Shown piece by piece: positions 29,476 through 41,107 of a stretch of 64,000 bases of DNA (within the stretch, counting starts at the first letter, position 1; the number at the start of each line of letters is the position of its first letter). A program made the position numbers and the translations under genes. Source of the stretch: an uncultured Ruficoccus sp. (lineage in GTDB: Bacteria; Verrucomicrobiota; Verrucomicrobiia; Opitutales; Cerasicoccaceae); assembly GCA_965140785.1 (NCBI GenBank), contig OZ223511.1:1-64000 (forward strand), written 5' to 3'. The notes beneath the pieces were generated by a model. It was not told the origin of the DNA and did no database searches. It worked only from the letters and a program-made list of their open reading frames with translations.

Positions 29476-29661
29476 ATGAGGGACACATCAACGACACGTA
29501 AGACTTTTCTCAAGGGATTGGGACTTGCCGCACTCGCGACAGCTCTTTTTCCTCGCACGGGACTGCAAGCCCGGGAGGAAAAAAGTAACGAAGAGGTGAA
29601 ACTGCCGATGGCCGCCCGCAAGGCGCCGATGGCTGTTTCACGTGGTAAAGCCCGGGCCTGA
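29476..29661 (+). CDS. Small protein with Tat-like leader preceding the ACIII operon
   Basis: TRKTFLKGLGLAALA leader; ends 27 bp before actA on the same strand. Confidence 0.5.
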   Translation: MRDTSTTRKTFLKGLGLAALATALFPRTGLQAREEKSNEEVKLPMAARKAPMAVSRGKARA

Positions 29662-29688
29662 TTCGCTACGGTTGTTATCTGACGGACT

Positions 29689-30342
29689 ATGGCCAATATT
29701 TACCCTAAGTGGACAAATACGGCGCCCCTGAAAATAGTGGCCTGCGTGCTGCTGCTCTTGGGGACGGTGGTGGCCGGTGTCACCTACTACGCCACGCCGA
29801 AATGGACCGAAGTCGGCCATCAGCCGATTCAGCCGGTCGCGTTCAGTCACAACCTGCACGCCGGGCAACTGGGAATCGACTGCCGCTATTGCCACACCTA
29901 TGTGGACCGCTCCGAGCACTCGAATGTCCCCGGCGCCAACACCTGTATGAACTGTCACAACCAGGTGCTGGCCAACGATGCCCGGCTCGCCCCGGTTCGC
30001 GAGAGCTTCAACTCCGGTCAGCCGGTGCCCTGGGTCCGCGTCCACGACACGCCGGACTATGTTTACTTTAACCACTCTGTCCACGTGAACCGCGGCGTCA
30101 GCTGCGTCGAGTGTCACGGGCAGATCAACGAGATGGAAGTGGTTGAGCAGAAGCAGCCGCTGAGCATGGCCTTCTGCCTGAACTGCCACCGCAACCCTGA
30201 GAATTTCCTCCGCCCGCCGGACGAGGTCTATAACCTCGACTGGAAACCCGAGAGCGCCACCGCGCAGATCGAAATGGGTGAAAAATTCGTCCACGACTGG
30301 AAGGTTCAGCCGCCTGAGAGCTGTTCCGGCTGCCACCGATGA
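29689..30342 (+). CDS. actA: Alternative complex III pentaheme cytochrome c
   Basis: Transmembrane anchor plus five CxxCH motifs (CRYCH, CMNCH, CVECH, CLNCH, CSGCH); QPVAFSH, YVYFNHSVH. Confidence 0.93.
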   Translation: MANIYPKWTNTAPLKIVACVLLLLGTVVAGVTYYATPKWTEVGHQPIQPVAFSHNLHAGQLGIDCRYCHTYVDRSEHSNVPGANTCMNCHNQVLANDARLAPVRESFNSGQPVPWVRVHDTPDYVYFNHSVHVNRGVSCVECHGQINEMEVVEQKQPLSMAFCLNCHRNPENFLRPPDEVYNLDWKPESATAQIEMGEKFVHDWKVQPPESCSGCHR

Positions 30343-33300
30343 AACGCAAAGTACAGCACCCCGAGCCCACCGCACGCGAACTGGCCGGTCCGCGCTACTG
30401 GCGCAGCCCGGAAGAATTGGCCGATACGCCCGAGTTCCGCGTCCTGCTGGAGCGCGAATTCCCGGAAGGGGCTTCCGAGACCACGGAGGCCGACCGCCGC
30501 ACCTTTCTTAAGCTGATGGGCGCCTCCGCCGCGCTGGCCGGTTTCGGCCTGGCTGGCTGCCGCCAGCCCACCCAGCACATCCTGCCGTACTCGAAGTCGC
30601 CCGAGCGCATGGTGCCCGGCGTGCCGATCTTTTACGCCAGCTCCCAGCCCACCGCCCACGGGAACATCCCGCTCATCGTGGAAACCCACGACGCCCGCCC
30701 GACCAAGATCGAGGGCAACCCGAGCTACCAGCCCTTCGGCGGCGGCACCACCGGCTACGCCCAGGCCAGCGTGCTCGACCTTTACGACCCGGACCGTCTG
30801 CAAAAGAGCCAGTCCAAGAGCGGTCGCCAGCTCGACAAGGCCTCCGTCGTCACTGCCCTTTCCGAGATCAACAAGGCCTACGGCAAGAACAAGGGCAAGG
30901 GCCTGGTTATCCTGGCCGAACCCTCCACCTCGCCCAGCCGTGCCAAGCTCGTGGCGCAGTTGCAGCAGGCCATGCCGGAGGCCGTCTGGGCCGAATATTC
31001 GGCAGTGGACGCTTCCGCTCCGACTCGCGTGCTCAAAGCCCTCTCGGGCAAGGCCTTGCAGCCGGTTTACGATTTTTCCAAGGCCCAGCGCGTGCTCGCG
31101 CTGGACTCGGACTTCCTCGGCTCCGAGCCGGGGCACCTCGGCAACGCCCGCGGCTTCGCCAAGGGCCGCAAGGTCAAGACCAAGGCTGAGGCGGAGAAGA
31201 TGAGCCGCCTCTACGCGGTCGAGTCGAACTTCACCGTCACCGGCGGCCAGGCCGACCACCGCCTGCGCGCGGCCACCAGCCACATCCCGGCGATCACCGC
31301 GCTGATCCTGGCCGAAGTCATCGGCCAGAGCGGCGGGGACAAGTCCACGGCGGATACGCTGCGCCAGCAGGCCGCCGGACTGGAAGTCGATCCGGCCTGG
31401 ATCTCCGAGTGCGTCAAGGACCTCGTGTCCGCTTCCGCCCATGGGCAGGCGCTCGTGGTGGCCGGCTCGCACCTGCCGGACGCGGTCCACACGATGGTTT
31501 ATGCCATCAATCATTTCCTCAAGAGCTCCGGCAAGACCGTCAAGTACGTCGAACTGCCCGAGCAGAAGAACGTCGCCGGTATTAAAGACGTGGCCGATCT
31601 GCTCGACAAGGGCGAGGTCAACACGCTGGTCATCCTCGGCGGCAACCCCGCCTACGACGCCCCCGGCGACCTTGATTGGGCCAAGCTTCAGCAAAAAGCG
31701 GGCAAGGTCGTCCGCTACGGCACCTACGCCGACGAGACTTCCGAACTGGCCGACCTCACCGTGGCCGCCGCTCACTACCTCGAAAGCTGGGGCGACGGGT
31801 ACACCATCGACGGGGTTTACGTGCCGGTTCAGCCGATGATCCTGCCACTCTTCGACGGGTTCACCGAGATTGAGCTGCTCGAAATTTTCACCACCGGCCA
31901 GAGCAGCGGCGACCAGGGCTACGGCCGGGTTCGCAAGACCTTTGGCGAGATCTCCGGCAAGACGGACGACGTTTCCTTCAACGCCTGGCTGACCGAAGGC
32001 GTGCTCAAGGGCGGCTTCAAGAGCGCCCCGGCGATCAGCGAAGGCGCCATCGGCACGGCCCTCGGACTGGCCGCCAGCAGCGGTGCCCTCAAGGCCCCGG
32101 CGCTGAGCGAAGAGGCCCTCGAGGTCCGCATCACGCCCAGTTCGCATTTTTACGACGGTCGCTATAATAATAACGGCTGGCTGGCCGAAGTGCCGGACCC
32201 GATGAGCAAGCTCACCTGGGACAACGCCATTTCTATCAGCCCGAAGCTGGCCAAGAAGCTCGGTGTCACGCCGCAGCCGATCACCATGGACAAGATCGGC
32301 CAGCTCCACATGGACGCCAACCAGTTCAAGCGCGGCCAGGAGCAGGCCCCCGTCGGCACGCTCACCGTGGGCGGCAAGAAGGTGACCGGGCCCATCCACA
32401 TTCAGCCCGGCCTGGCCGACTGGACCGTGGTCGTCACGCTCGGCTTCGGTCGCCGCAAGACCGGTCGCGTCGGCACTCGGATCAAGGATTATCCCGGCTT
32501 CGGCCCCGGTATCGGTTTCGACGCCTACCCGCTGACCACGTTGGCTTCCCGCGCGCTCGCCCTGGGTGGCGCGCTCAAGACGACGGGCGAGATTTACCCG
32601 CTGGCCAACACCCAGCAGCACTGGTCGATGGAAGGCCGCGCCATCCTGCGCGAGGGAACGGCGGACGAGTTCGCCCACGACCCGAAATTCGCTTCCAAGA
32701 TGGGCGCCGAGGCGCACTCGCCGCCCGTGCTGGGCAATGCCCGCAAGGACCCGCTTTCCGAGGTCGTGCGCGAGATCCCGCGCGGAGGCTCCATGTACAA
32801 GACGCCGGAGTTCAAGGCCGAGCAGCAGTGGGGCATGAGCATCGACCTGAACTCGTGCATCGGCTGTAACGCCTGCGTGGTGGCCTGTCAGAGCGAGAAT
32901 AACATTCCCATCGTGGGCAAGGACCAGGTCCTGCGTGGCCGCGAAATGCACTGGCTGCGCCTCGACCGCTACTACTCGGTCGGCCCGGAGTTTCCCACCA
33001 CGGAAATCCCCGAGGACCCGCAGGTGGCGTTCATGGGTGTGGCTTGCCAGCACTGCGAGCTGGCCCCCTGCGAAAGCGTCTGCCCGGTCAACGCGACCGT
33101 TCACGACGAGCAGGGCCTCAACGTCATGGCCTACAACCGCTGCGTGGGCACGCGTTACTGCGCCAACAACTGCCCGTATAAGGTCCGCCGTTTCAATTTC
33201 TTCGATTACAACAAGCGCGAGCGCGGCGAGCTCTACAAGGGCCCGCTCGGGACGGACCGGTACAAGACCGAGGCCTCTCAGCTCACCCGCATGCAGAAGA

Positions 33301-33854
33301 ACCCGAACGTCACCGTGCGCATGCGCGGGGTGATGGAAAAGTGCACCTACTGCGTGCAGCGCATCGAGCAGGCCAAGATCGACCAGAAGGTCAAGGCCGG
33401 GGCCAGCCCCGACGTCAAGGTGCCCGACGGCACGATCAAGGTGGCCTGCCAGCAGGTTTGCCCGACCGAGGCGATTGTCTTCGGCGACGTGGCCGATCCG
33501 AACTCCGAAGTTTCCAAGATCAAGACCGAGAACGACCGCAACTACGCCGTCCTTGGCTACTTGAACGTCCGTCCGCGCACCACCTACCTGGCCCGCCTGC
33601 GCAACCCGAACCCGGCCATGCCCGACACCTACCAGCAGCCGCTCAGCCGCGCCGAATACGAGGCCAAGAACGGCCACGGTGGCGGTCACGGCGAGCATGG
33701 GTCCGAGCACGGCGGCGGCCACGGTGAAAACGGCGGTGGTCACGGCGAGTCCCACGACACGCTCCCCACCGGTCATGAAAGCGCCGGCGTCGAAGCCACG
33801 CACGGCACCTCCGCGCCCGCCCACGGCGAGCAGCCGCCCGCCGAGCATCACTAA
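30339..33854 (+). CDS. actB: Alternative complex III ActB (molybdopterin-oxidoreductase-like domain plus Fe-S domain), His-rich tail
   Basis: YWRS, DRRTFLKLMGAS..AGC Tat-lipoprotein leader, KIEGNP, CIGCNACVVAC, CQHC..PC..VCP, CVGTRYCANNCPY, EKCTYC. Confidence 0.93.
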   Translation: MKRKVQHPEPTARELAGPRYWRSPEELADTPEFRVLLEREFPEGASETTEADRRTFLKLMGASAALAGFGLAGCRQPTQHILPYSKSPERMVPGVPIFYASSQPTAHGNIPLIVETHDARPTKIEGNPSYQPFGGGTTGYAQASVLDLYDPDRLQKSQSKSGRQLDKASVVTALSEINKAYGKNKGKGLVILAEPSTSPSRAKLVAQLQQAMPEAVWAEYSAVDASAPTRVLKALSGKALQPVYDFSKAQRVLALDSDFLGSEPGHLGNARGFAKGRKVKTKAEAEKMSRLYAVESNFTVTGGQADHRLRAATSHIPAITALILAEVIGQSGGDKSTADTLRQQAAGLEVDPAWISECVKDLVSASAHGQALVVAGSHLPDAVHTMVYAINHFLKSSGKTVKYVELPEQKNVAGIKDVADLLDKGEVNTLVILGGNPAYDAPGDLDWAKLQQKAGKVVRYGTYADETSELADLTVAAAHYLESWGDGYTIDGVYVPVQPMILPLFDGFTEIELLEIFTTGQSSGDQGYGRVRKTFGEISGKTDDVSFNAWLTEGVLKGGFKSAPAISEGAIGTALGLAASSGALKAPALSEEALEVRITPSSHFYDGRYNNNGWLAEVPDPMSKLTWDNAISISPKLAKKLGVTPQPITMDKIGQLHMDANQFKRGQEQAPVGTLTVGGKKVTGPIHIQPGLADWTVVVTLGFGRRKTGRVGTRIKDYPGFGPGIGFDAYPLTTLASRALALGGALKTTGEIYPLANTQQHWSMEGRAILREGTADEFAHDPKFASKMGAEAHSPPVLGNARKDPLSEVVREIPRGGSMYKTPEFKAEQQWGMSIDLNSCIGCNACVVACQSENNIPIVGKDQVLRGREMHWLRLDRYYSVGPEFPTTEIPEDPQVAFMGVACQHCELAPCESVCPVNATVHDEQGLNVMAYNRCVGTRYCANNCPYKVRRFNFFDYNKRERGELYKGPLGTDRYKTEASQLTRMQKNPNVTVRMRGVMEKCTYCVQRIEQAKIDQKVKAGASPDVKVPDGTIKVACQQVCPTEAIVFGDVADPNSEVSKIKTENDRNYAVLGYLNVRPRTTYLARLRNPNPAMPDTYQQPLSRAEYEAKNGHGGGHGEHGSEHGGGHGENGGGHGESHDTLPTGHESAGVEATHGTSAPAHGEQPPAEHH

Positions 33855-33867
33855 GCCACTGACGAAC

Positions 33868-33899
33868 ACTCGAACTCTCAAACCTTCAAACTCTCAAAC
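33868..33899. repeat. Single arm of the NNTCAAAC 8-bp tandem array between actB and actC
   Basis: ACTCGAAC TCTCAAAC CTTCAAAC TCTCAAAC, the same unit as 23105-23136. Confidence 0.7.
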
Positions 33900-33907
33900 T
33901 TTTAGGA

Positions 33908-35394
<1,487 letters not shown>

Positions 35395-35395
<1 letters not shown>

Positions 35396-35943
35396 TGGTT
35401 AAGGAACACCATTCACGCGACACCTACGGGATCCTGGCCGAATTCACGGAGACGCCCGCCTTCTACGAGGCGGTGGGCAAGGTGAAGGACGCCGGCTACA
35501 AGAAGTTCGACTGCTTTACGCCGTTCCCGGTCCACGGCCTCGACGCCAAGATGGGCATTGGCCGCTCGAAGGTACCGATTTTCACCGCCATCGGCGGGGT
35601 GACGGGCTTTTGCACCGGCATGCTCATCACCTGGTACATGAACGGCTTCAACTACCCGCTGATCGTCGGCGGCAAGCCGTTCTGGAGCCCGATTTTCCCG
35701 TTCCCGATCATGTACGAGCTGACGATTCTGTTCTCGGCCTTCGGGACGCTCTTCGGCATGTTCGCGACGAACCTGCTGCCGCGCCACAACCACCCGGTCT
35801 TCGAGTACGAGGACTACATCAAGTGCGGCGACGACACCTTTTTCCTCGTTATCGAAAAGGCTGACCCGAAATTCGACCTGGAGCAGACGCGCTCCATGCT
35901 TGAGGAACTCGGCAGCACCAAAGTGGAGGTCTTGACAGCCTGA
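35395..35943 (+). CDS. actD: Alternative complex III ActD (DUF3341)
   Basis: FTPFPVHGLD, YPLIVGGKP, YELTILF. Confidence 0.92.
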
Positions 35944-36599
35944 TGCGCTACTTTATCGCCATATGGATTTTCGGGATCGTGGCCGTGGTCACGATTCTGG
36001 GCCCCCGCGGGGCCAAAAGCACGCGCAACCCGATCTATGTCTTTCCGGACATGGACTGGCAGGCCAAGTACCTGCCACAGGGGGAGAACGAGTTCTTCGC
36101 CGACGGACGTAACGACCGCCCGGTCGTTCCCGGCACCGTCGGACGCGGCTACGGCAACGAGCTCAAGGAGGTCTTCAGCGCCGAGTACGTGGACCCGGTC
36201 AGCCAGAACCCGGCCCTGTACTCCGGCAAGGACGCCGACGGTAATTGGTATCGCGGTTTCCCGATCGAGATCACCGACGAGGTCATGCAGCTGGGCCACG
36301 ACAAGTTTAACATCTTCTGCATCGTCTGCCACGGTGCCTCCGGTAACGGCAACGGCATCACCAAGCAGTTCGGCATGGCCGCCACCCCGACCTACCACGA
36401 CAACCGCATTCGCGGCATGGCCGAGGGCGAAATCTTTAACACCATCACGCACGGCAAGAATCTGATGGGCGCCTACGGCATGAAGCTGCGCCCCGAGGAG
36501 CGCTGGGCGGTCATCGCCTACGTGCGCGCCCTGCAACTGGCCAACGATGCCACCATCGAAGACGTGCCTGAACAATTTAAACCGGAGCTTGGATTATAA
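35943..36599 (+). CDS. actE: Alternative complex III monoheme cytochrome c ActE
   Basis: PDMDWQ, PGTVGRG, one CIVCH, ITHGKNLM, ERWAVIAYVRALQ. Confidence 0.9.
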   Translation: MRYFIAIWIFGIVAVVTILGPRGAKSTRNPIYVFPDMDWQAKYLPQGENEFFADGRNDRPVVPGTVGRGYGNELKEVFSAEYVDPVSQNPALYSGKDADGNWYRGFPIEITDEVMQLGHDKFNIFCIVCHGASGNGNGITKQFGMAATPTYHDNRIRGMAEGEIFNTITHGKNLMGAYGMKLRPEERWAVIAYVRALQLANDATIEDVPEQFKPELGL

Positions 36600-36633
36600 T
36601 GAGCAGCAAACACACGGTGTTTGATCCGATTGA

Positions 36634-36678
36634 GGGGCTGCGCCCCTACGGAGCCAGAAAGGCTCCTACCCCGGAGTT
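36634..36678. repeat. 45-bp dispersed repeat, copy 1 (copy 2 at 41852-41896)
   Basis: GGGGCTGCGCCCCTACGGAGCCAGAAAGGCTCCTACCCCGGAGTT, 38/45 identical to copy 2. Confidence 0.75.
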
Positions 36679-36722
36679 GCCGTCCGTAGCGCCTACACCT
36701 ATTTTAACTTGGAGTCAGAACA

Positions 36723-38042
36723 ATGAGCAGTAACGCCGCAACCGCATCCGTGCCCGCCGCGGCGGCCGTGTCTGGCGGCCGCAAGCCCCTGGCCACGATC
36801 TTTCTCGTCATCGGCCTCATCGGCCTGGCCGTGGCCCTGGTCGGCATGATCATGGGCCTGACCCAGGAGACCCCCAATGGCCGCCCCGTCATGAGCTGGC
36901 TGCTGGGCTATTCCTTCTGGTTTGGTATGCTCATCGGCATGCTCATGCTGGTGCAGATTTCGTACATCTTCGACGCCGGCTGGTCCACCATCATCCGTCG
37001 TCAGTTGGAGCACTTCCTGGCCGCGTTTCCGTGGATGTTCCTGCTGCTGATCCCGCTCATCGCGCTGCCGTTCTTTATCGGGGACAACCCCGGTGTGCTC
37101 TGGAAATGGATGAACCTCGACAACGTCCTGCCCGGCGTGCACGGGGTCAAAGTAGGCGAGGACCCGCTCTACCTGCACAAGTCCGGCCTGTTGAACGTGC
37201 CGTTCTTCATCGTGCGGCTGTGCATCTACTTCGCGGTGTTCTGCGGGTTCTCCAACCGCCTGCGCAAGCACTCCTTCACCAATGATTTCCAGCCGGACCC
37301 CAAGCACTACATCGCGTGCCGCAAGTGGTCAGGCGCGGGGATGTTCCTGGTGCCGATGGCGCTGACCTTCGCGGCCTTCGACCTGCTGATGAGCCTGAGC
37401 TACCACTGGTTCTCGACCATGTACGGGGTGTGGTTCTTCGCCATCTCCATGCGTATGGCTCTCGCCGTGACCGTGATCACGCTCTACTTCCTGAGCACCC
37501 GTGGCTCCCTCAAGGGCATCCTCAACCAGAGCCACTACTACATGCTCGCGTGCATCTTCCTGGCCTTCACGATCTTCTGGGCCTACATCAGCTTCTCGCA
37601 GTTCTTCCTCATCTACAACGCGAACATCCCCGAAGAAACCTTCTGGTACAACCTGCGCCAGCTCAACGCGGACGGCACCTACAACCAGTGGTGGTGGGTC
37701 GGTCTTTCGCTGATCTTCTGCATGTTCCTGTTCCCGTTCCTGTTCCTGCTGCGGTACAAGAACAAGGTCATCCCGCGCAACATGGTCTTCATCAGCGTTT
37801 GGATCCTGCTCTTTGCCTGCGTGGACCTGTACTTTAACATCGCTCCGACCCAGAAGCCCGCGGACAATGTCCTGGGCTACGTGACCTCGCCCTTCCTGAC
37901 CGGGTACATGCTCTTTGACCTGGCCGCTTGGGTCGGCGTCGGCGGGATCGTCCTGTGGGCCGCGCTGCGGAGCATGGCCACGACGTACCCGATACCCATT
38001 CACGACCCGCGCATCCGCGAGTCCATCGCCAGCGTTCAGTAA
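36723..38042 (+). CDS. actF: Alternative complex III ActF membrane subunit
   Basis: AGWS..IRR, DLLMSL..HWFSTMYG, FWAYISFSQF.LIY.ANIPEETFWY. Confidence 0.9.
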   Translation: MSSNAATASVPAAAAVSGGRKPLATIFLVIGLIGLAVALVGMIMGLTQETPNGRPVMSWLLGYSFWFGMLIGMLMLVQISYIFDAGWSTIIRRQLEHFLAAFPWMFLLLIPLIALPFFIGDNPGVLWKWMNLDNVLPGVHGVKVGEDPLYLHKSGLLNVPFFIVRLCIYFAVFCGFSNRLRKHSFTNDFQPDPKHYIACRKWSGAGMFLVPMALTFAAFDLLMSLSYHWFSTMYGVWFFAISMRMALAVTVITLYFLSTRGSLKGILNQSHYYMLACIFLAFTIFWAYISFSQFFLIYNANIPEETFWYNLRQLNADGTYNQWWWVGLSLIFCMFLFPFLFLLRYKNKVIPRNMVFISVWILLFACVDLYFNIAPTQKPADNVLGYVTSPFLTGYMLFDLAAWVGVGGIVLWAALRSMATTYPIPIHDPRIRESIASVQ

Positions 38043-38044
38043 TC

Positions 38045-38587
38045 ATGTCCAACACGGCACCGGAAACCAGCCACTCCAACTACCTGTTCTCCATCTTCGG
38101 GGCACTGGGGAGCATGGCGTTGTTTTTTGTCATCATCCTGATCGCGTATGTTTACATGCAGCGGCCCGCGCCCGTCGATCAGCAGGCGATCGATAACCGC
38201 CTGGCCAAGCGCGCCGACGTTGATGCCAAGCAGACGGCCCTGATCTCCGAGTACGCCTGGGTGGATCAGAAGGCCGGCACCGTGCGCGTCCCGGTCGATG
38301 TCGCCATGACGTTGGCGGTCAAGGAAATCGCGGCCAAGCCGGACGGGATCTTCCCCCCGGCTCAGACGCCCGCCGCCGCTCCGGCAGCGGACGCCCCGGC
38401 CGATGACACCGCAGCGATCGACTCCTCTTCCGCCGAAGAGGCGACGTCCGCCGACGGCGACGCCCAGGCATCCACTCAAACTGAATCCACGCCCGCCGCC
38501 GAGGAGGGCGCTTCCTCCGGCCAAAACCCGGCCGCCGACACCGCCGCTCCGAGTGCGTCCGGGGAGGGCGATCAAGAGGCCAAGTAA
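38045..38587 (+). CDS. ActG-like single-pass membrane protein with acidic low-complexity tail
   Basis: Transmembrane helix then YAWVDQKAGTVRVPVDVAM; follows actF. Confidence 0.7.
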   Translation: MSNTAPETSHSNYLFSIFGALGSMALFFVIILIAYVYMQRPAPVDQQAIDNRLAKRADVDAKQTALISEYAWVDQKAGTVRVPVDVAMTLAVKEIAAKPDGIFPPAQTPAAAPAADAPADDTAAIDSSSAEEATSADGDAQASTQTESTPAAEEGASSGQNPAADTAAPSASGEGDQEAK

Positions 38588-38860
38588 ATGGAACAGTGGA
38601 ATGGTTATCTGATTTTTATCGCGGCGCTGGGATGTGTATTTTTCTTCTCAGCGGTCGGTGCCCTGTACTGGGCGGTCCGGCACGGCGAGTTTAAAAAACT
38701 GGAAAAAACCTCCCGGCAGATCTTCGATGAAGAGGAGCCCGAGGGCGTCCATACTGATTTTTTCCCCGGCGAGGCCGACAAGATGCGCCGCAAGCTCGCC
38801 CGTGAGCGCAAGCCGCAGCGGAAGACCGCCCCGGCCAAGACCATCAACCCGAAAGCCTGA
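38588..38860 (+). CDS. ccoS: cbb3-type oxidase assembly protein CcoS/FixS
   Basis: Transmembrane helix plus LYWAVRHGEFKKLE...IFDEE pattern. Confidence 0.8.
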   Translation: MEQWNGYLIFIAALGCVFFFSAVGALYWAVRHGEFKKLEKTSRQIFDEEEPEGVHTDFFPGEADKMRRKLARERKPQRKTAPAKTINPKA

Positions 38861-38874
38861 GCCGGACGAGAGCC

Positions 38875-40371
38875 ATGAGCCCGTTATTATCCTTTTTCAC
38901 CTCCATCGACCCCCGGACGCGTACCGGGGTGCCGCTCAAGGTGCAGTTGAGCGAGATCGACCGCGAGATGCGCGTGCCGGTGGTGCTCTTCATCACCTCG
39001 GCCCTCTTGTGGCTGCAGGCCGGGACCGTGTTCGCCCTGATCGCCTCGATCAAGCTGCACAACCCGGAGTTTCTCGGTAATGTCGAGTGGCTGACATTCG
39101 GGCGCGCCCGCTCGGCTCACCTCAATGCCATGGCCTTCGGCTGGGGCAACAACGCCATCTTCGGCGTTGCTTTGTGGATCATGGCCCGGCTGTGCAAGGT
39201 CTCGGTCAAGCACGGCGGCCTGCTGGTCGTGGCCGGAGCGTTCTGGAATATCGGCATCACCGCCGGGATTATTGGCATCCTGACCGGCGGTCTGACCTCG
39301 GTCGAGTGGCTGGAAATGCCGATGGAGGTCGCGCCACTGCTGGGAGTTTCGTACGTGCTGGTCGCGGTCTGGGGCGTGATTATGTTCCGTTTCCGCGCCA
39401 TGGGGCATGTGTATGTTTCCCAGTGGTACATCCTCGGTGCGCTGTTTTGGTTTCCGTGGTTGTACGTCATTGCCCAGACGATGATTTTGTGGATTCCGGC
39501 GCGGGGGACCGTGCAGGCTATCACCAACTGGTGGTTCGGGCACAACGTGCTGGGTTTGTGGCTGACGCCGATGGGGCTGGGCGCGATCTATTACTTTCTG
39601 CCCAAGGTGCTGGGCCGGCCCATTCACAGCTACTACCTGTCGGTGCTCGGCTTCTGGTCGCTGGCTCTGTTCTACAACTGGGCGGGTGTCCACCACCTGA
39701 TTGGCGGCCCGATTCCGGTTTGGCTGATCTCGGCCGCGATCGTCGGCAGTGTGATGATGGTCATTCCGGTCGTCGTTACCGCGATCAATCATCACATGAC
39801 CGCAGCGGGTAACTGGCGGGCGGTGTGGTGTAGCCCGACGCTGCGCTTTATCGTGTTCGGCGGCATGTCCTACACGCTGGCCTCGCTGGCCGGTTCGGCC
39901 ATGGCCCTGCGCGACATCAACGTTATCACGCACTTCACGCAGTTCACCGTGGGCCACGCCCACCACGGCGTGTACGCCTTTTTCACCATGACGATGTTCG
40001 GCGGCATTTACTTCATGATGCCGCGCATCCTCAACCGCGAATGGCCCTCGGCGGCGCTGATCCGCACGCACTTCTGGTGCGCGGCCATCGGTGTGACCAT
40101 CATGATGATCGCCCTGCACGGCGGTGGCTGGATCCAGGGCAAGATGATGATCGCCCTCGACGCCGACGGGAACCCCAAGTACGCCTTTTTGGAAATCGTG
40201 AACATGCTCGTTCCCTGGCTGTTCTCGCGCTCGATCTCGGGCATGCTGCTGGCCGTCGGCCATCTGGCCTTCCTCGTGAACTTCGTCTGGATGCTGGCCG
40301 GTCGCCGCTCCGCCGCCGCTCAGGAGGGACCGACGCTCCTGCTCAAGGAGAATGAGGAGGACGTGCGCTAA
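38875..40371 (+). CDS. ccoN: cbb3-type (C-family) heme-copper oxidase subunit I
   Basis: LTFGR.R.AHLN, WWFGHNVLG.WLT, GVHHL, TVGHAH; about 12 transmembrane helices. Confidence 0.9.
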   Translation: MSPLLSFFTSIDPRTRTGVPLKVQLSEIDREMRVPVVLFITSALLWLQAGTVFALIASIKLHNPEFLGNVEWLTFGRARSAHLNAMAFGWGNNAIFGVALWIMARLCKVSVKHGGLLVVAGAFWNIGITAGIIGILTGGLTSVEWLEMPMEVAPLLGVSYVLVAVWGVIMFRFRAMGHVYVSQWYILGALFWFPWLYVIAQTMILWIPARGTVQAITNWWFGHNVLGLWLTPMGLGAIYYFLPKVLGRPIHSYYLSVLGFWSLALFYNWAGVHHLIGGPIPVWLISAAIVGSVMMVIPVVVTAINHHMTAAGNWRAVWCSPTLRFIVFGGMSYTLASLAGSAMALRDINVITHFTQFTVGHAHHGVYAFFTMTMFGGIYFMMPRILNREWPSAALIRTHFWCAAIGVTIMMIALHGGGWIQGKMMIALDADGNPKYAFLEIVNMLVPWLFSRSISGMLLAVGHLAFLVNFVWMLAGRRSAAAQEGPTLLLKENEEDVR

Positions 40372-41101
40372 TGAAAAATCTCCCCCTGTTATTTCTCGGG
40401 ATCTTTTTCTGCCTGGCCTTTTCCTTCAGCGGACTGATTCTGAGCAGCCTGATTCAGTACGGGCACCTGGAGCCCGTGACCGAGTTCGTCAACCATCCCG
40501 GCACCGGCGAGCAGATTCCCGGCGCGTTTATCGAGATCGATACCAACGGTGATGGCGAGAAGGATACCCTCGTCCAAGGCGTCAACCAGCCCGACGAGCA
40601 GACCTTTCCGATTTCCCCGTGGGCATGGCCCAGCAGGGCAAGGAAATTTATACGAGCATGGGCTGCCTGTACTGCCACTCCCAGCAGGTGCGCCGCAAGG
40701 GCTTCGGCGCGGACTTCGAGCGAGGCTGGGGCGACCGCCAGACTGTGCCCCGCGACTACATCCTGCAAAAGCGCGTCCTGCTCGGGACCAGCCGCACCGG
40801 CCCGGACCTGATGTCGATCGGCATGCGTCAGCCCAGCGCCGAGTGGCACTACCTGCACCTTTACAACCCGCAGTTTACCTCGCCCGGCTCGATCATGCCG
40901 CCTTTCCGTTTCCTTTTCGAGACGCGCAAGGTCGGCGACACGCCTTCGCCGGACGCACTGAAGATACCCGACGAGTTTCCCGATGAACAACCGCCGCCCG
41001 GCTACGAGATCGTGCCCACCGAGCGTGGCCGTGAACTCGTCGCCTACCTGTTGAGCCTCAAGCTCGACTACGAACTGCCCGAATCCCGCTTCTCCCAATA
41101 G
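40371..41101 (+). pseudogene. ccoO: cbb3-type oxidase subunit II with a one-base frameshift in a C run at 40615-40618 (probable sequencing error)
   Basis: GKEIY...[35 protein letters not shown]; one extra C joins ORF 40371 to ORF 40619 ([10 protein letters not shown]). Confidence 0.88.
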
Positions 41102-41107
41102 CCCTCG

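Noticed and set aside
30306..33881. 1191-aa minus-strand ORF
   Set aside because: Antisense shadow of actB.
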